The translations under genes were made by a program, and so were the position numbers. Positions 56,931 through 64,000 of a stretch of DNA of 64,000 bases are shown here, one piece after another. The stretch lies in assembly GCA_030649135.1 (NCBI GenBank), contig JAUSGI010000005.1, positions 1 to 64,000 of the forward strand. Reading direction: 5' to 3'. The DNA is from a bacterium. Its GTDB lineage: Bacteria; Patescibacteriota; Minisyncoccia; Phycocordibacterales; Zambryskibacteraceae. Every line of letters starts with the position of its first letter. Within the stretch, counting starts at the first letter, position 1. The notes below the pieces were generated by a model that ran no database searches, was not told the DNA's origin, and saw nothing but the letters and a program-made list of their open reading frames with translations.

Positions 56931-57686
56931 ATGACTGAATTGCTTTTATATTCGGCGCTTATCATGCTCGCCTCACTAGTTGGGGTCTTCTTTGTATGGC
57001 ATAGGGCAGGGCAAGTCATTGAGCGCCATTCGAGTCTCTTGGTCAGTTTTTCCGCGGGAGTGTTTATCGTTATTGCTTGCCAATTGGGTGTGGAGGCGCT
57101 AGAGCATTCGGACACTCTTGGCTCCGGGTTCGTCTGGATAATCATCGGCGCGCTCGCAGTCTGGCTTCTGTTTAAATTTCTACCATCATCGCACCATCAT
57201 CATGATGTGGCGCTCGAGACACACCCCCACTCGAGACTTGATGCTCGGCGGATTATGACGAGCGACGCTCTGCATAATGTGGGAGACGGTATTCTCTTGG
57301 CCGCATCCTTCGCGGTGAGCTCGTCGTTTGGGGCACTGACCGCTTTAAGTATTTTTATACATGAATTGGTGCAGGAGGTGTCGGAGTTTTTTGTTATGAG
57401 GCAAGCGGGTTATTCGACCAAGCAGACTCTCGCCTTAAACTTCGCGATTTCCGGCACAATTTTTCTGGGTGCGCTTGGGGGTTTCTTTCTCTTGGAAAGT
57501 TTTGAAGCGCTTGAAGTGCCTCTCCTCGGTCTCGCTGCAGGTGCCTTCTTGGTAGTCGTGGTGCATGACCTTATCCCGCATTCAGTCAGAGCTTCAAGAC
57601 ATGAAAATCTTTATTTTAGACACCTCTCATGGTTTTTCGCGGGAGCTATTCTAATGTTTGTCATAAATACATTCACCGCGCATTGA
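56931..57686 (+). CDS. zupT: ZIP-family divalent metal transporter
   Basis: 251 aa; His-rich loop (SSHHHHDVALETHPH); HNVGDG and HELVQE motifs. Confidence 0.85.
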   Translation: MTELLLYSALIMLASLVGVFFVWHRAGQVIERHSSLLVSFSAGVFIVIACQLGVEALEHSDTLGSGFVWIIIGALAVWLLFKFLPSSHHHHDVALETHPHSRLDARRIMTSDALHNVGDGILLAASFAVSSSFGALTALSIFIHELVQEVSEFFVMRQAGYSTKQTLALNFAISGTIFLGALGGFFLLESFEALEVPLLGLAAGAFLVVVVHDLIPHSVRASRHENLYFRHLSWFFAGAILMFVINTFTAH

Positions 57687-57825
57687 TTTTTCTTTCCAAA
57701 AATGTTTTAATCTTTTGATTATTGGAGGGGTGGCTGACCATCGCCTACGGCGAGGCCCCGCCTCACCGCATTATGCGGGATCCCGCCAATGGCGGTGAAG
57801 CGGCGGTGGGAGGTTTAAGGCATAT

Positions 57826-58071
57826 TTGTTTATGTTTGCAACCTACATTCTTAAAAGCAAAACCACCAACAGATATTACATTGGGTATACAAGTAACGTA
57901 GGAAAAAGAATCATTTATCACAATACCGGCAGGAATATTTCTACGAGAAGCGGTATACCTTGGAGCCTTGTGTATTCAGAATCATTTGAAACTCGAGCTG
58001 AAGCATGGAAAAGAGAACACCAGATAAAGTCATATAAAAGTGGAGAAGCTTTTAAAAAATTGATACAGTAA
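57826..58071 (+). CDS. GIY-YIG nuclease family small protein
   Basis: 81 aa; YILKSKTTNRYYIGYTSNVGKRIIYHN... carries the GIY-x10-YIG and R..H/N motifs. Confidence 0.75.
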   Translation: MFMFATYILKSKTTNRYYIGYTSNVGKRIIYHNTGRNISTRSGIPWSLVYSESFETRAEAWKREHQIKSYKSGEAFKKLIQ

Positions 58072-58078
58072 GGTATCT

Positions 58079-58167
58079 GGAGGGGTGGCAGAGAGGTCTA
58101 TCGCACCGCACTTGAAATGCGGCGTGGGGTAAATCCCACCGTGAGTTCGAATCTCACCCCCTCCGCC
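58079..58167 (+). tRNA. tRNA-Ser (anticodon TGA)
   Basis: Manual fold: acceptor GGAGGGG/CCCCTCC; anticodon stem CCGCA/TGCGG with loop CTTGAAA; long variable arm (CGTGGGGTAAATCCCACC); T-arm GTGAG-TTCGAAT-CTCAC. Confidence 0.8.
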
Positions 58168-58302
58168 TTCGCCTCGCCGAAGCCCGCAAGGGCGTAGGCG
58201 GGCTTCGCTCGGCTTCGGCGTGACAAAGTCCGCCAGGTTGCATCGGAGCGACCCGAGTGCCTTAACGTGTCCTTTGGTCGAATCTGATATACTTTTTTTA
58301 TT

Positions 58303-58854
58303 ATGAATATCAAATTAGGGACATTAGATTTCGCGATAGCAATGGAACGTCCAGAGTTACTTGCAAAAGCGGTGGTTGAGGTCCTTTCTGTCTTACCTAA
58401 TGCTGACAAAGTCGGGGTTGCCGAAATTGACCCTAATCTCTCCGACACAGCTGGTTTTTGTGAACACTATAAGGTTGGAATGAACCATGCAGCCAACTGC
58501 GTAGTATTAGAAGCGAAGCGGGCAGATAAAAGCTGGTTTGCCGCTTGTGTAATTTTTGGCAATACCAGAGCCGATGTAAATGGTCTGGTTCGGAGAACCT
58601 TGGATGCCCGCAAGGTGTCATTTGCGCCAATGGAGCAGGCGGTAACTCAGACCGGTATGGAATATGGAGCTATTACACCAGTTGGCTTGCCTAATGATTG
58701 GTCTATTTTGATTGATAAAGCGGTAGCTGATTCTGATTATGTAATTATTGGAAGTGGAATTAGAAAATCGAAACTCGCTGTTCCTGGAAGCTTTTTAGCA
58801 TCTCTGCCTAATGTCCAAGTTTTAGAAGGACTTGGCCAAATGAAAACAATATGA
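58303..58854 (+). CDS. YbaK/ProX-type aminoacyl-tRNA deacylase domain protein
   Basis: 183 aa; size and pattern (AANCVVLE...GAITPVGLP...IGSG) fit the YbaK/EbsC editing domain. Confidence 0.7.
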   Translation: MNIKLGTLDFAIAMERPELLAKAVVEVLSVLPNADKVGVAEIDPNLSDTAGFCEHYKVGMNHAANCVVLEAKRADKSWFAACVIFGNTRADVNGLVRRTLDARKVSFAPMEQAVTQTGMEYGAITPVGLPNDWSILIDKAVADSDYVIIGSGIRKSKLAVPGSFLASLPNVQVLEGLGQMKTI

Positions 58855-59195
58855 GCCAGATTACTTACGAAGAATTTGAAAAAGTGGATATTCGGGTTGG
58901 GAAAATTGTCGAAATTTCTGACTTTCCGGAAGCTCGGAAGCCTGCATACAAACTCAAGATTGATTTCGGCTCCGAGATCGGGATAAAGCAATCAAGTGTT
59001 CAAGCAGTAGGAGCTCATGCAAAAGAAGAGCTTCTCAACTCGCTTGTTTGCTGTGTGGTTAATTTTCCACCAAAGCAAGTGGGGCCATTTAAGTCGGAAG
59101 TCCTAACTCTTGGCTTTAAGAATAGTGCAGGTGACGGGTGGGTTCTTATTGAACCGAAGAGTGATCCGGTAACACTTGGAAGCAAACTAACTTAA
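58851..59195 (+). CDS. csaA: tRNA-binding protein CsaA (Trbp111/EMAP-type OB fold)
   Basis: 114 aa; FEKVDIRVGKIVEI...HPDADKLYV-like pattern. Confidence 0.8.
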   Translation: MSQITYEEFEKVDIRVGKIVEISDFPEARKPAYKLKIDFGSEIGIKQSSVQAVGAHAKEELLNSLVCCVVNFPPKQVGPFKSEVLTLGFKNSAGDGWVLIEPKSDPVTLGSKLT

Positions 59196-59255
59196 TCTTA
59201 TGGCAATCCAAATTACCTAAGCGTGCCCATGACCCCGCAAGGGAATTTGAACCAC

Positions 59256-59283
59256 TTGACATTGGATAGTTTATATGTATAAT
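59256..59283 (+). promoter_or_regulatory. near-consensus sigma70 promoter with extended -10 (TTGACA, 16 nt spacer, TGtATAAT)
   Basis: Followed by about 75 nt of UTR and an AAGGAG SD before the GC-rich gene at 59365. Confidence 0.55.
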
Positions 59284-59364
59284 GGTGCCCAGACGTTCGA
59301 TTGCAGTTAACCGATCTACAGGCGGGGTACGCAAAGTAAGCGTATTCTAGCCAAGGAGTTTGCC

Positions 59365-60045
59365 ATGAAGCTGAAGTTTCCCGACCTGACCAACGTGCTT
59401 GCGTGTGTGAACGGGAACTGCCCCGCCTCGAAGGAGGGTATCCTCCCAGAGGAAGCTCACGCTCGCCTCCGCCAGGACGGCGAGGATGTCGTGGCCGAGC
59501 CGATCTGCCTGGCCTGCGCCGGGGATGCGGCAAAGCGCGGTATCTCCGCGCCTCTCATCTCCTCGCTCATCAAGCGCGAGGAGGAGGCTCGGGCGATCAT
59601 CGTCGCCAACGCGAAGGAGGTCGAGAGCCACGATGCCCGGCAGAGGGAGCTCGATGCTCTCTTTGCCGGTGCCGTGTTCTTCTGCCGGGTTCCCGGCTGT
59701 TCGGCGGCTCCCGAGCCGGTGAACAAGATGTTTTCGGCGGTCTACATCGAGGGCGGGAAGGAGCAGGTCGTTCCGATCTGTCCGATCTGTGTCGATGGCG
59801 CCCACCAGACGGGCGTGAAGGTCACCGACCTTCACGCCACCATCGCGCGGCTCACGCGCGAGGGTAGGGAGCACCTGCTCTACGAGCAGGCGGAGAGAAA
59901 CAAGGTCCCGGCGAATAACTTTCTCGCCGCCTGCCAGAGGGGCGACGCCCGCAATCAGCGGGCGATGCCAGCCGTGGTCGCTCACCACGGCAATGGCAAC
60001 GGTAACGGCCTTGGCAATCGACCGAGGCTGGCGACCAACAGGTAG
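59365..60045 (+). CDS. hypothetical protein with duplicated Cys-ribbon module (very GC-rich)
   Basis: 226 aa; two similar units (CVNGNCPAS...PICLACAGDA and CRVPGCSAA...PICPICVDGA); (HGNG)n Gly/Asn C-terminal tail; about 65 percent GC against about 40 percent in its neighbours. Confidence 0.5.
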   Translation: MKLKFPDLTNVLACVNGNCPASKEGILPEEAHARLRQDGEDVVAEPICLACAGDAAKRGISAPLISSLIKREEEARAIIVANAKEVESHDARQRELDALFAGAVFFCRVPGCSAAPEPVNKMFSAVYIEGGKEQVVPICPICVDGAHQTGVKVTDLHATIARLTREGREHLLYEQAERNKVPANNFLAACQRGDARNQRAMPAVVAHHGNGNGNGLGNRPRLATNR

Positions 60046-60059
60046 TCCGAGCGCAGCAA

Positions 60060-60091
60060 GGCGTGGGGAGGAATCTCCCCACGCCTTTTAA
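60060..60091 (+). terminator. intrinsic terminator (GGCGTGGGGAG gaat CTCCCCACGCC + TTTTAA)
   Basis: 11-bp GC stem followed by a T-run. Confidence 0.7.
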
Positions 60092-60117
60092 CTTTTCTAA
60101 AATAAATTTCTGGGAAA

Positions 60118-60351
60118 TTATTCCTCCTCCACTATTTCCACCTTATACTTCTTGGCGACAAAGAATAGGTAAATTATTTCAAGAACACCGAGCGTATTTA
60201 TTAAGAGAATTACGATAAACCAGTACTTCTGTCTAAGTTCGGCTGATTTCCAAAGGGCGAACCCTTTCCATGTCAGCGTCCATATTATTGCGAGGGCGAT
60301 GAGGAGAGGGTTTGTCTCTACCCATCCAGCCAGTATATTTATTGATTCCAT
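60118..60351 (-). CDS. hypothetical small two-TM membrane protein
   Basis: 77 aa; two hydrophobic helices. Confidence 0.4.
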   Translation of the reverse strand: MESINILAGWVETNPLLIALAIIWTLTWKGFALWKSAELRQKYWFIVILLINTLGVLEIIYLFFVAKKYKVEIVEEE

Positions 60352-60380
60352 GACAGGCTAATTATACTATAATTCTTCCT

Positions 60381-60770
60381 ATGAGACTGATGGCTATCGA
60401 TTACGGAGAAAAGCGTGTGGGCATTGCTTCCACGGACGAGACCGGCGGTTTCGCTTTGCCGCGTGCCGTCTGGCCGAACGATAAGACTTTGTTGGACAAG
60501 ATTTTTAAACTCAAGGAAGATGAGGGGATAGAGAAAATTATTGTCGGTGAATCAAGAAACTTGGATGGTAGCGCCAATCCGATTCAGAAAGAGATAGAAA
60601 AATTTAAAAGCGAACTGGAAAAACGTGGCGCCGAAGTCGTTTCCCATCCGGAAGTGTTTACTACTGTCGAGGCCAGGCGGCTTCAGGGGCAAACGGAAAT
60701 GACCGACGCTTCCGCCGCCGCCCTAATTCTCAAGAGTTTTCTTGATACCGTGTATAATAAAGGCACATGA
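60381..60770 (+). CDS. ruvX: putative pre-16S rRNA nuclease / Holliday-junction resolvase-like YqgF (RuvX)
   Basis: 129 aa; MAIDYGEKRVGIA...IVGES motifs of the YqgF family. Confidence 0.85.
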   Translation: MRLMAIDYGEKRVGIASTDETGGFALPRAVWPNDKTLLDKIFKLKEDEGIEKIIVGESRNLDGSANPIQKEIEKFKSELEKRGAEVVSHPEVFTTVEARRLQGQTEMTDASAAALILKSFLDTVYNKGT

Positions 60771-62326
60771 CCGCGCTTCTAGGGCAAAAAACTTTTCTGG
60801 ACTTTTTCCCTGCACCCGAATTTCTCCTGCTCTCGACTGTCGGCATTGTCATTACCGATACCGACACGAGACTCGTACAGTTAAGGAGAGAAATTTTGGG
60901 AGACGGGTTCAAACTAGCCAATTCAAGCCAAGCGGCAAATCCTGCCGGTGCGGTTGAGGCAGGTCTAATCAATAATCCCGACGCGCTCGGCGCTGTTTTA
61001 AAGAAACTTGCTTTGCCCTACGGTATTCGTTATGCCCACGCCTCCTTGCCGGAAGAGAAGACATATCTCTTTACCACTCGCATTAACTGGGTACCTCCGG
61101 AAGGTCTAAAGGATGCGGTGGCATTCATTGTGGAAGAGAACGCGCCGGTGTCTCTGTCCGAATCGGTATTCAACTTTGAGATTATCAAAGAAGATGAGCA
61201 TGCGGACGAGATTAACCTGGCTGTTTCTGTGGTGCCTAAAAATGTCATCAATGCTTATGTAGAACTTTTTGAATCTGTCGGCATCACTCCGATTTCCTTC
61301 GACCTTGAGTCGCAAGCTATCGCGCGGGCAGTCATTCACCGCGGGGACAAACGTACGCAACTTATCGTCAATCTGTCTTTGCGTAAAACCGGTTTCTATA
61401 TAGTCGCGGACGAAGTGGTGCAGTTTAGCACTACGCCGGCTTATGGGATTGGTGAAGACGAATCTTATCCCAGTCTTAATGATTTAAAGGCGGAGATGCG
61501 CAAAGTGCTGGCTTTTTGGAATGCTCGTACTGATAAATCCGGTAAACCAGAAAAGAAAATTGAAAAGGTAATCCTAGTCGGACTCGGAGGCAGTAAGACG
61601 GAATTTGTTGAAAAATTGATGAGCGAAAGCGATATTCCATATGCGCCGGCGGATGTGGGGCTCAACATGTCTCCTTCGCGGAGCCATGTTTCGGGGATAC
61701 CTTTCGATGAATCTCTAAGTTACGCTTCCGCCATAGGCCTGGTTCTTCCCAGGGGCAGAAAAGACATGTTTAAACTACTGACAGAAGAAGGAGGTCATAA
61801 GGTGGCGCACAAATATGCTATGCATCGAGCTGTGGTCATGCTTTCTGCATTCATCTTCGTGCTTGTTGCGGGAATAATAGGACTCTTGCCGTCATACGTA
61901 CTCTCGAATGCCCGCCAGAACGAGGCGTTGGAGCGTACGAGAATCATGAATAGTGCCGGACAAATCGATAATGAGTCAGTTCTACAGGCATGGCTTAAAG
62001 AGATGAATCGCAAACTTCGGATACTTTCCCCCGCACTTGATATGGACCGGCCATCGGCTTTTATCGAGAGAGTTCTCGACCAGAAAGCTACCGGTGTGCG
62101 TGTTACCGGTTTTTCGTGGATAAGGGCGAAAGATAAGGTCACTCTCTCGGTCAATGGCATCACTTTAGATCGCCAGGCACTTATCACATTTGAAGACCGC
62201 ATTAACTCTTCGGGATATTTCTCTGAAGTTACTTTGCCAATATCCAACTTAGCCAAAGATAAAGACATTGATTTCCAAATTAAATTCTCGCCGGCTCTAC
62301 CTACGCCGTCCGCTCAAACGCCATGA
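60767..62326 (+). CDS. pilM: type IV pilus assembly PilM-PilN fusion protein
   Basis: 519 aa; N-terminal actin-like ATPase-fold region, then a TM helix (VMLSAFIFVLVAGIIGLLP) and a PilN-like periplasmic coiled-coil/beta region. Confidence 0.65.
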   Translation: MTALLGQKTFLDFFPAPEFLLLSTVGIVITDTDTRLVQLRREILGDGFKLANSSQAANPAGAVEAGLINNPDALGAVLKKLALPYGIRYAHASLPEEKTYLFTTRINWVPPEGLKDAVAFIVEENAPVSLSESVFNFEIIKEDEHADEINLAVSVVPKNVINAYVELFESVGITPISFDLESQAIARAVIHRGDKRTQLIVNLSLRKTGFYIVADEVVQFSTTPAYGIGEDESYPSLNDLKAEMRKVLAFWNARTDKSGKPEKKIEKVILVGLGGSKTEFVEKLMSESDIPYAPADVGLNMSPSRSHVSGIPFDESLSYASAIGLVLPRGRKDMFKLLTEEGGHKVAHKYAMHRAVVMLSAFIFVLVAGIIGLLPSYVLSNARQNEALERTRIMNSAGQIDNESVLQAWLKEMNRKLRILSPALDMDRPSAFIERVLDQKATGVRVTGFSWIRAKDKVTLSVNGITLDRQALITFEDRINSSGYFSEVTLPISNLAKDKDIDFQIKFSPALPTPSAQTP

Positions 62327-62841
62327 TTTTAAAAAACTCCAAGCCACTTCTTATCATACTTTCACTCATCTCTATTTCACTTCTTGCCGTGCTGGTATTG
62401 GGAGCATACAGAATACAACTCAAGAATAAGGAGGCTTCCGAACTTCTTAATTTGGCGGATCGCGCTGCCGAGGCAAGAACTTTGGCCCAGTCCATCCGCA
62501 CGGTACAAAGTAGTGCCGCCGAAGAATTGGCGGCTTTTGATAGTTTTACGCTTTCCGACAGTAAGCTTGTACCTCTCATTGAAAGTGTGGAGGGGGTTGG
62601 CAAGGCCCTTGGTCTTAATACCGATATCGTATCTGTGGGGAAAATAGAGGACAAAAAAGCTGTCGAGCCGGCCATGATTCGTATAGTGATGGAGACTCAA
62701 GGTTCATGGGCGCAAAACCTTTCCTTTCTGCGGGCTATCGAGAGTTTGCCTAACCGAGTGGTAATAGATGAGCTCGGTCTCTCGAAAGCGGAGGTCGGTT
62801 GGCGTTTAAGAATGGTCCTATCACTTTATTCATTTAACTAA
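62323..62841 (+). CDS. PilO-like pilus assembly protein
   Basis: 172 aa; N-terminal TM, coiled coil, then a ferredoxin-like domain; lies directly after pilM-pilN. Confidence 0.5.
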   Translation: MILKNSKPLLIILSLISISLLAVLVLGAYRIQLKNKEASELLNLADRAAEARTLAQSIRTVQSSAAEELAAFDSFTLSDSKLVPLIESVEGVGKALGLNTDIVSVGKIEDKKAVEPAMIRIVMETQGSWAQNLSFLRAIESLPNRVVIDELGLSKAEVGWRLRMVLSLYSFN

Positions 62842-62845
62842 TACT

Positions 62846-63172
62846 ATGGAGAACTCCCCAGCATCTCTAAAGAAGTCGAGTAGGAAGGCTAAAGGCGGCT
62901 TGTTTACTTTCGGTACCAGTCCGGAGGCCGATTGGAAGATTATTTTAATCTCGGCGATGATTCTTGCCGCCTCGGTTATCGCCCTTAGTGTTTTTATTTT
63001 TATAAAAGTTGGCAAGGGAGAAATCTTTGTGGCAGATATGCCTGAAGTGCAGAAAGAAAAAGCTCTAGATACCGCGCTTCTCAAAGAAACCGTTTTGTAT
63101 TATCAAAATAAGGCGCTCGAGCTTGAGAAAATTAAGAGCACGAGAATCCCAACTGCCGATCCTTCGTTATAG
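62846..63172 (+). CDS. hypothetical single-TM protein (pilus cluster)
   Basis: 108 aa; one TM helix (IILISAMILAASVIALSVFIFI). Confidence 0.35.
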   Translation: MENSPASLKKSSRKAKGGLFTFGTSPEADWKIILISAMILAASVIALSVFIFIKVGKGEIFVADMPEVQKEKALDTALLKETVLYYQNKALELEKIKSTRIPTADPSL

Positions 63173-63363
63173 GTGCGGTTTCAAGTTTTCTTCTCGACCT
63201 GAGTTTTATCGAAGGTTGGCGGCATTAAATCCAGGAATTCACGGAGTGAATATCTAAATAATACAAGATTATGACAAAAATTTCAATTTTAGAAAAAAGC
63301 AGAGCCCCAAGCAGAATTGAATTCCGCAAGGGGCTCGAGTACGAGCTGTTTTCGAAGAAGCCA

Positions 63364-63660
63364 TTACGACCTCTGCGAAGGCGCGACCTCTCTTCCACTG
63401 AACAGAATCACGACGCCGAGTACGAAACCGAAGTTGTACCAACCGCCGCTGTTATGAACCTCATAGAAGCCCACATTGTTCGAGAAGAGCGAGATGACCA
63501 AAGTGATCGGCGCGATCATCCCATGCCATAGACCGAGCCAGAAGCCAGCGAGGCTCCCGTCCGAGGCAACGATATGCGCGGCGGTGTTGGGACCGGCGGC
63601 ACAGCCCGTCAGGAACAGCGCGCTATAGAACAACATCCCGAGCAGGTGCGTTTTCTTCAT
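63364..63660 (-). CDS. hypothetical lipoprotein (GC-rich cassette gene)
   Basis: 98 aa; signal peptide with lipobox (LFLTGC); additional hydrophobic segments; GC-rich. Confidence 0.5.
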   Translation of the reverse strand: MKKTHLLGMLFYSALFLTGCAAGPNTAAHIVASDGSLAGFWLGLWHGMIAPITLVISLFSNNVGFYEVHNSGGWYNFGFVLGVVILFSGREVAPSQRS

Positions 63661-63735
63661 CGCCTTTTCCTCCTTAAGGTGCTATTCCGCGAAGCCCTCG
63701 CGGTGGGGATTTCGGATAACTCCGATTCTTAAACC

Positions 63736-63764
63736 AATATAGCATATATGGTCTTGGAAGTCAA
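63736..63764 (-). promoter_or_regulatory. near-consensus sigma70 promoter with extended -10 (TTGACT, 17 nt spacer, TGcTATATT) driving the GC-rich lipoprotein gene
   Basis: Minus-strand read cTTGACTtccaagaccatatatgcTATATT; UTR with an AAGGAGG SD. Confidence 0.55.
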
Positions 63765-63866
63765 GCCCAACAGAAAAAGCCTATATTTTAGGGCTTTTTC
63801 AAGGTTTCTGAATTATTTGATTTGGATTAAAAAATTTTCTTCCCCATTATAACCCGATTTCCTACA

Positions 63867-63941
63867 TGGTGCCCCCGGCAGGAATCGAACCTGCATCAAA
63901 GCCTTAGAAGAGCTCTACTTTATCCATTAAGCTACGGGGAC
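63867..63941 (-). tRNA. tRNA-Arg (anticodon TCT)
   Basis: Manual fold: acceptor GTCCCCG/CGGGGGC; D-arm GCTT-AATGGATA-AAGT; anticodon stem GAGCT/GGCTT with loop CTTCTAA; T-arm GCAGG-TTCGATT-CCTGC; CCA encoded. Confidence 0.75.
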
Positions 63942-64000
63942 AGGGGACAAGATACCATCTAAAATTATCAGTATGGGGGCTATCTAGCAAGTTTTTTGAC

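Noticed and set aside
58098-58448. 116-aa minus-strand ORF
   Set aside because: It covers the tRNA-Ser gene and its GC-rich terminator region; it has no start context.
59213-60082. Multiple overlapping ORFs on both strands (59213-59533, 59347-59988, 59403-59867, 59852-60082 and others)
   Set aside because: They are artefacts of about 65 percent GC. Only the plus-strand 59365-60045 frame has a promoter, an SD at the proper distance and a terminator.

Overview
The window reads as a low-GC bacterial chromosome segment with compact, reduced housekeeping genes. The gene content (T4SS-like and type IV pilus genes, LysM-M23 peptidase, many small secreted proteins) is consistent with a Patescibacteria/CPR-like organism; that assignment is inference only. 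It includes the replication-origin neighbourhood (yidC-rnpA-rpmH divergent from dnaA-dnaN, with DnaA-box-like repeats). Superimposed on the housekeeping backbone are several accessory features: (1) a GC-rich, low-coding-density block at 5.4-7.7 kb between nusA and a TrmB-like regulator plus a tyrosine recombinase. It carries small genes with GGAGGTG Shine-Dalgarno sequences, two paralogous structured-RNA-like modules that show compensatory base changes, and a duplicated ~50-nt hairpin element upstream of two genes. (2) At least five further dispersed GC-rich single-gene cassettes, each with a near-consensus TTGACA/TGnTATAAT promoter, a strong SD and a hairpin terminator (lipoproteins, a duplicated Cys-ribbon protein, other small proteins). 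(3) An ~11.5 kb plus-strand type IV secretion-like cluster: VirB4-like ATPase, VirB6/TrbL-like polytopic protein, VirB2/TrbC-like pilin, many secreted proteins, and an embedded Avd-like four-helix-bundle gene. (4) A RAYT/IS200-like HUH transposase flanked and interrupted by three copies of a 19-bp REP-like palindrome. (5) An IS1595-family transposase with a passenger gene, bounded by 15-bp direct repeats and inserted at the 3' end of ruvC. (6) A GIY-YIG gene next to tRNA-Ser with a partial duplication of the tRNA 5' end. (7) Type IV pilus genes (pilB, pilM-pilN fusion, pilO-like). Four tRNAs were identified by manual folding. No rRNA genes or CRISPR arrays were seen. All calls are by eye, without any search, so family assignments rest on recognisable motifs.
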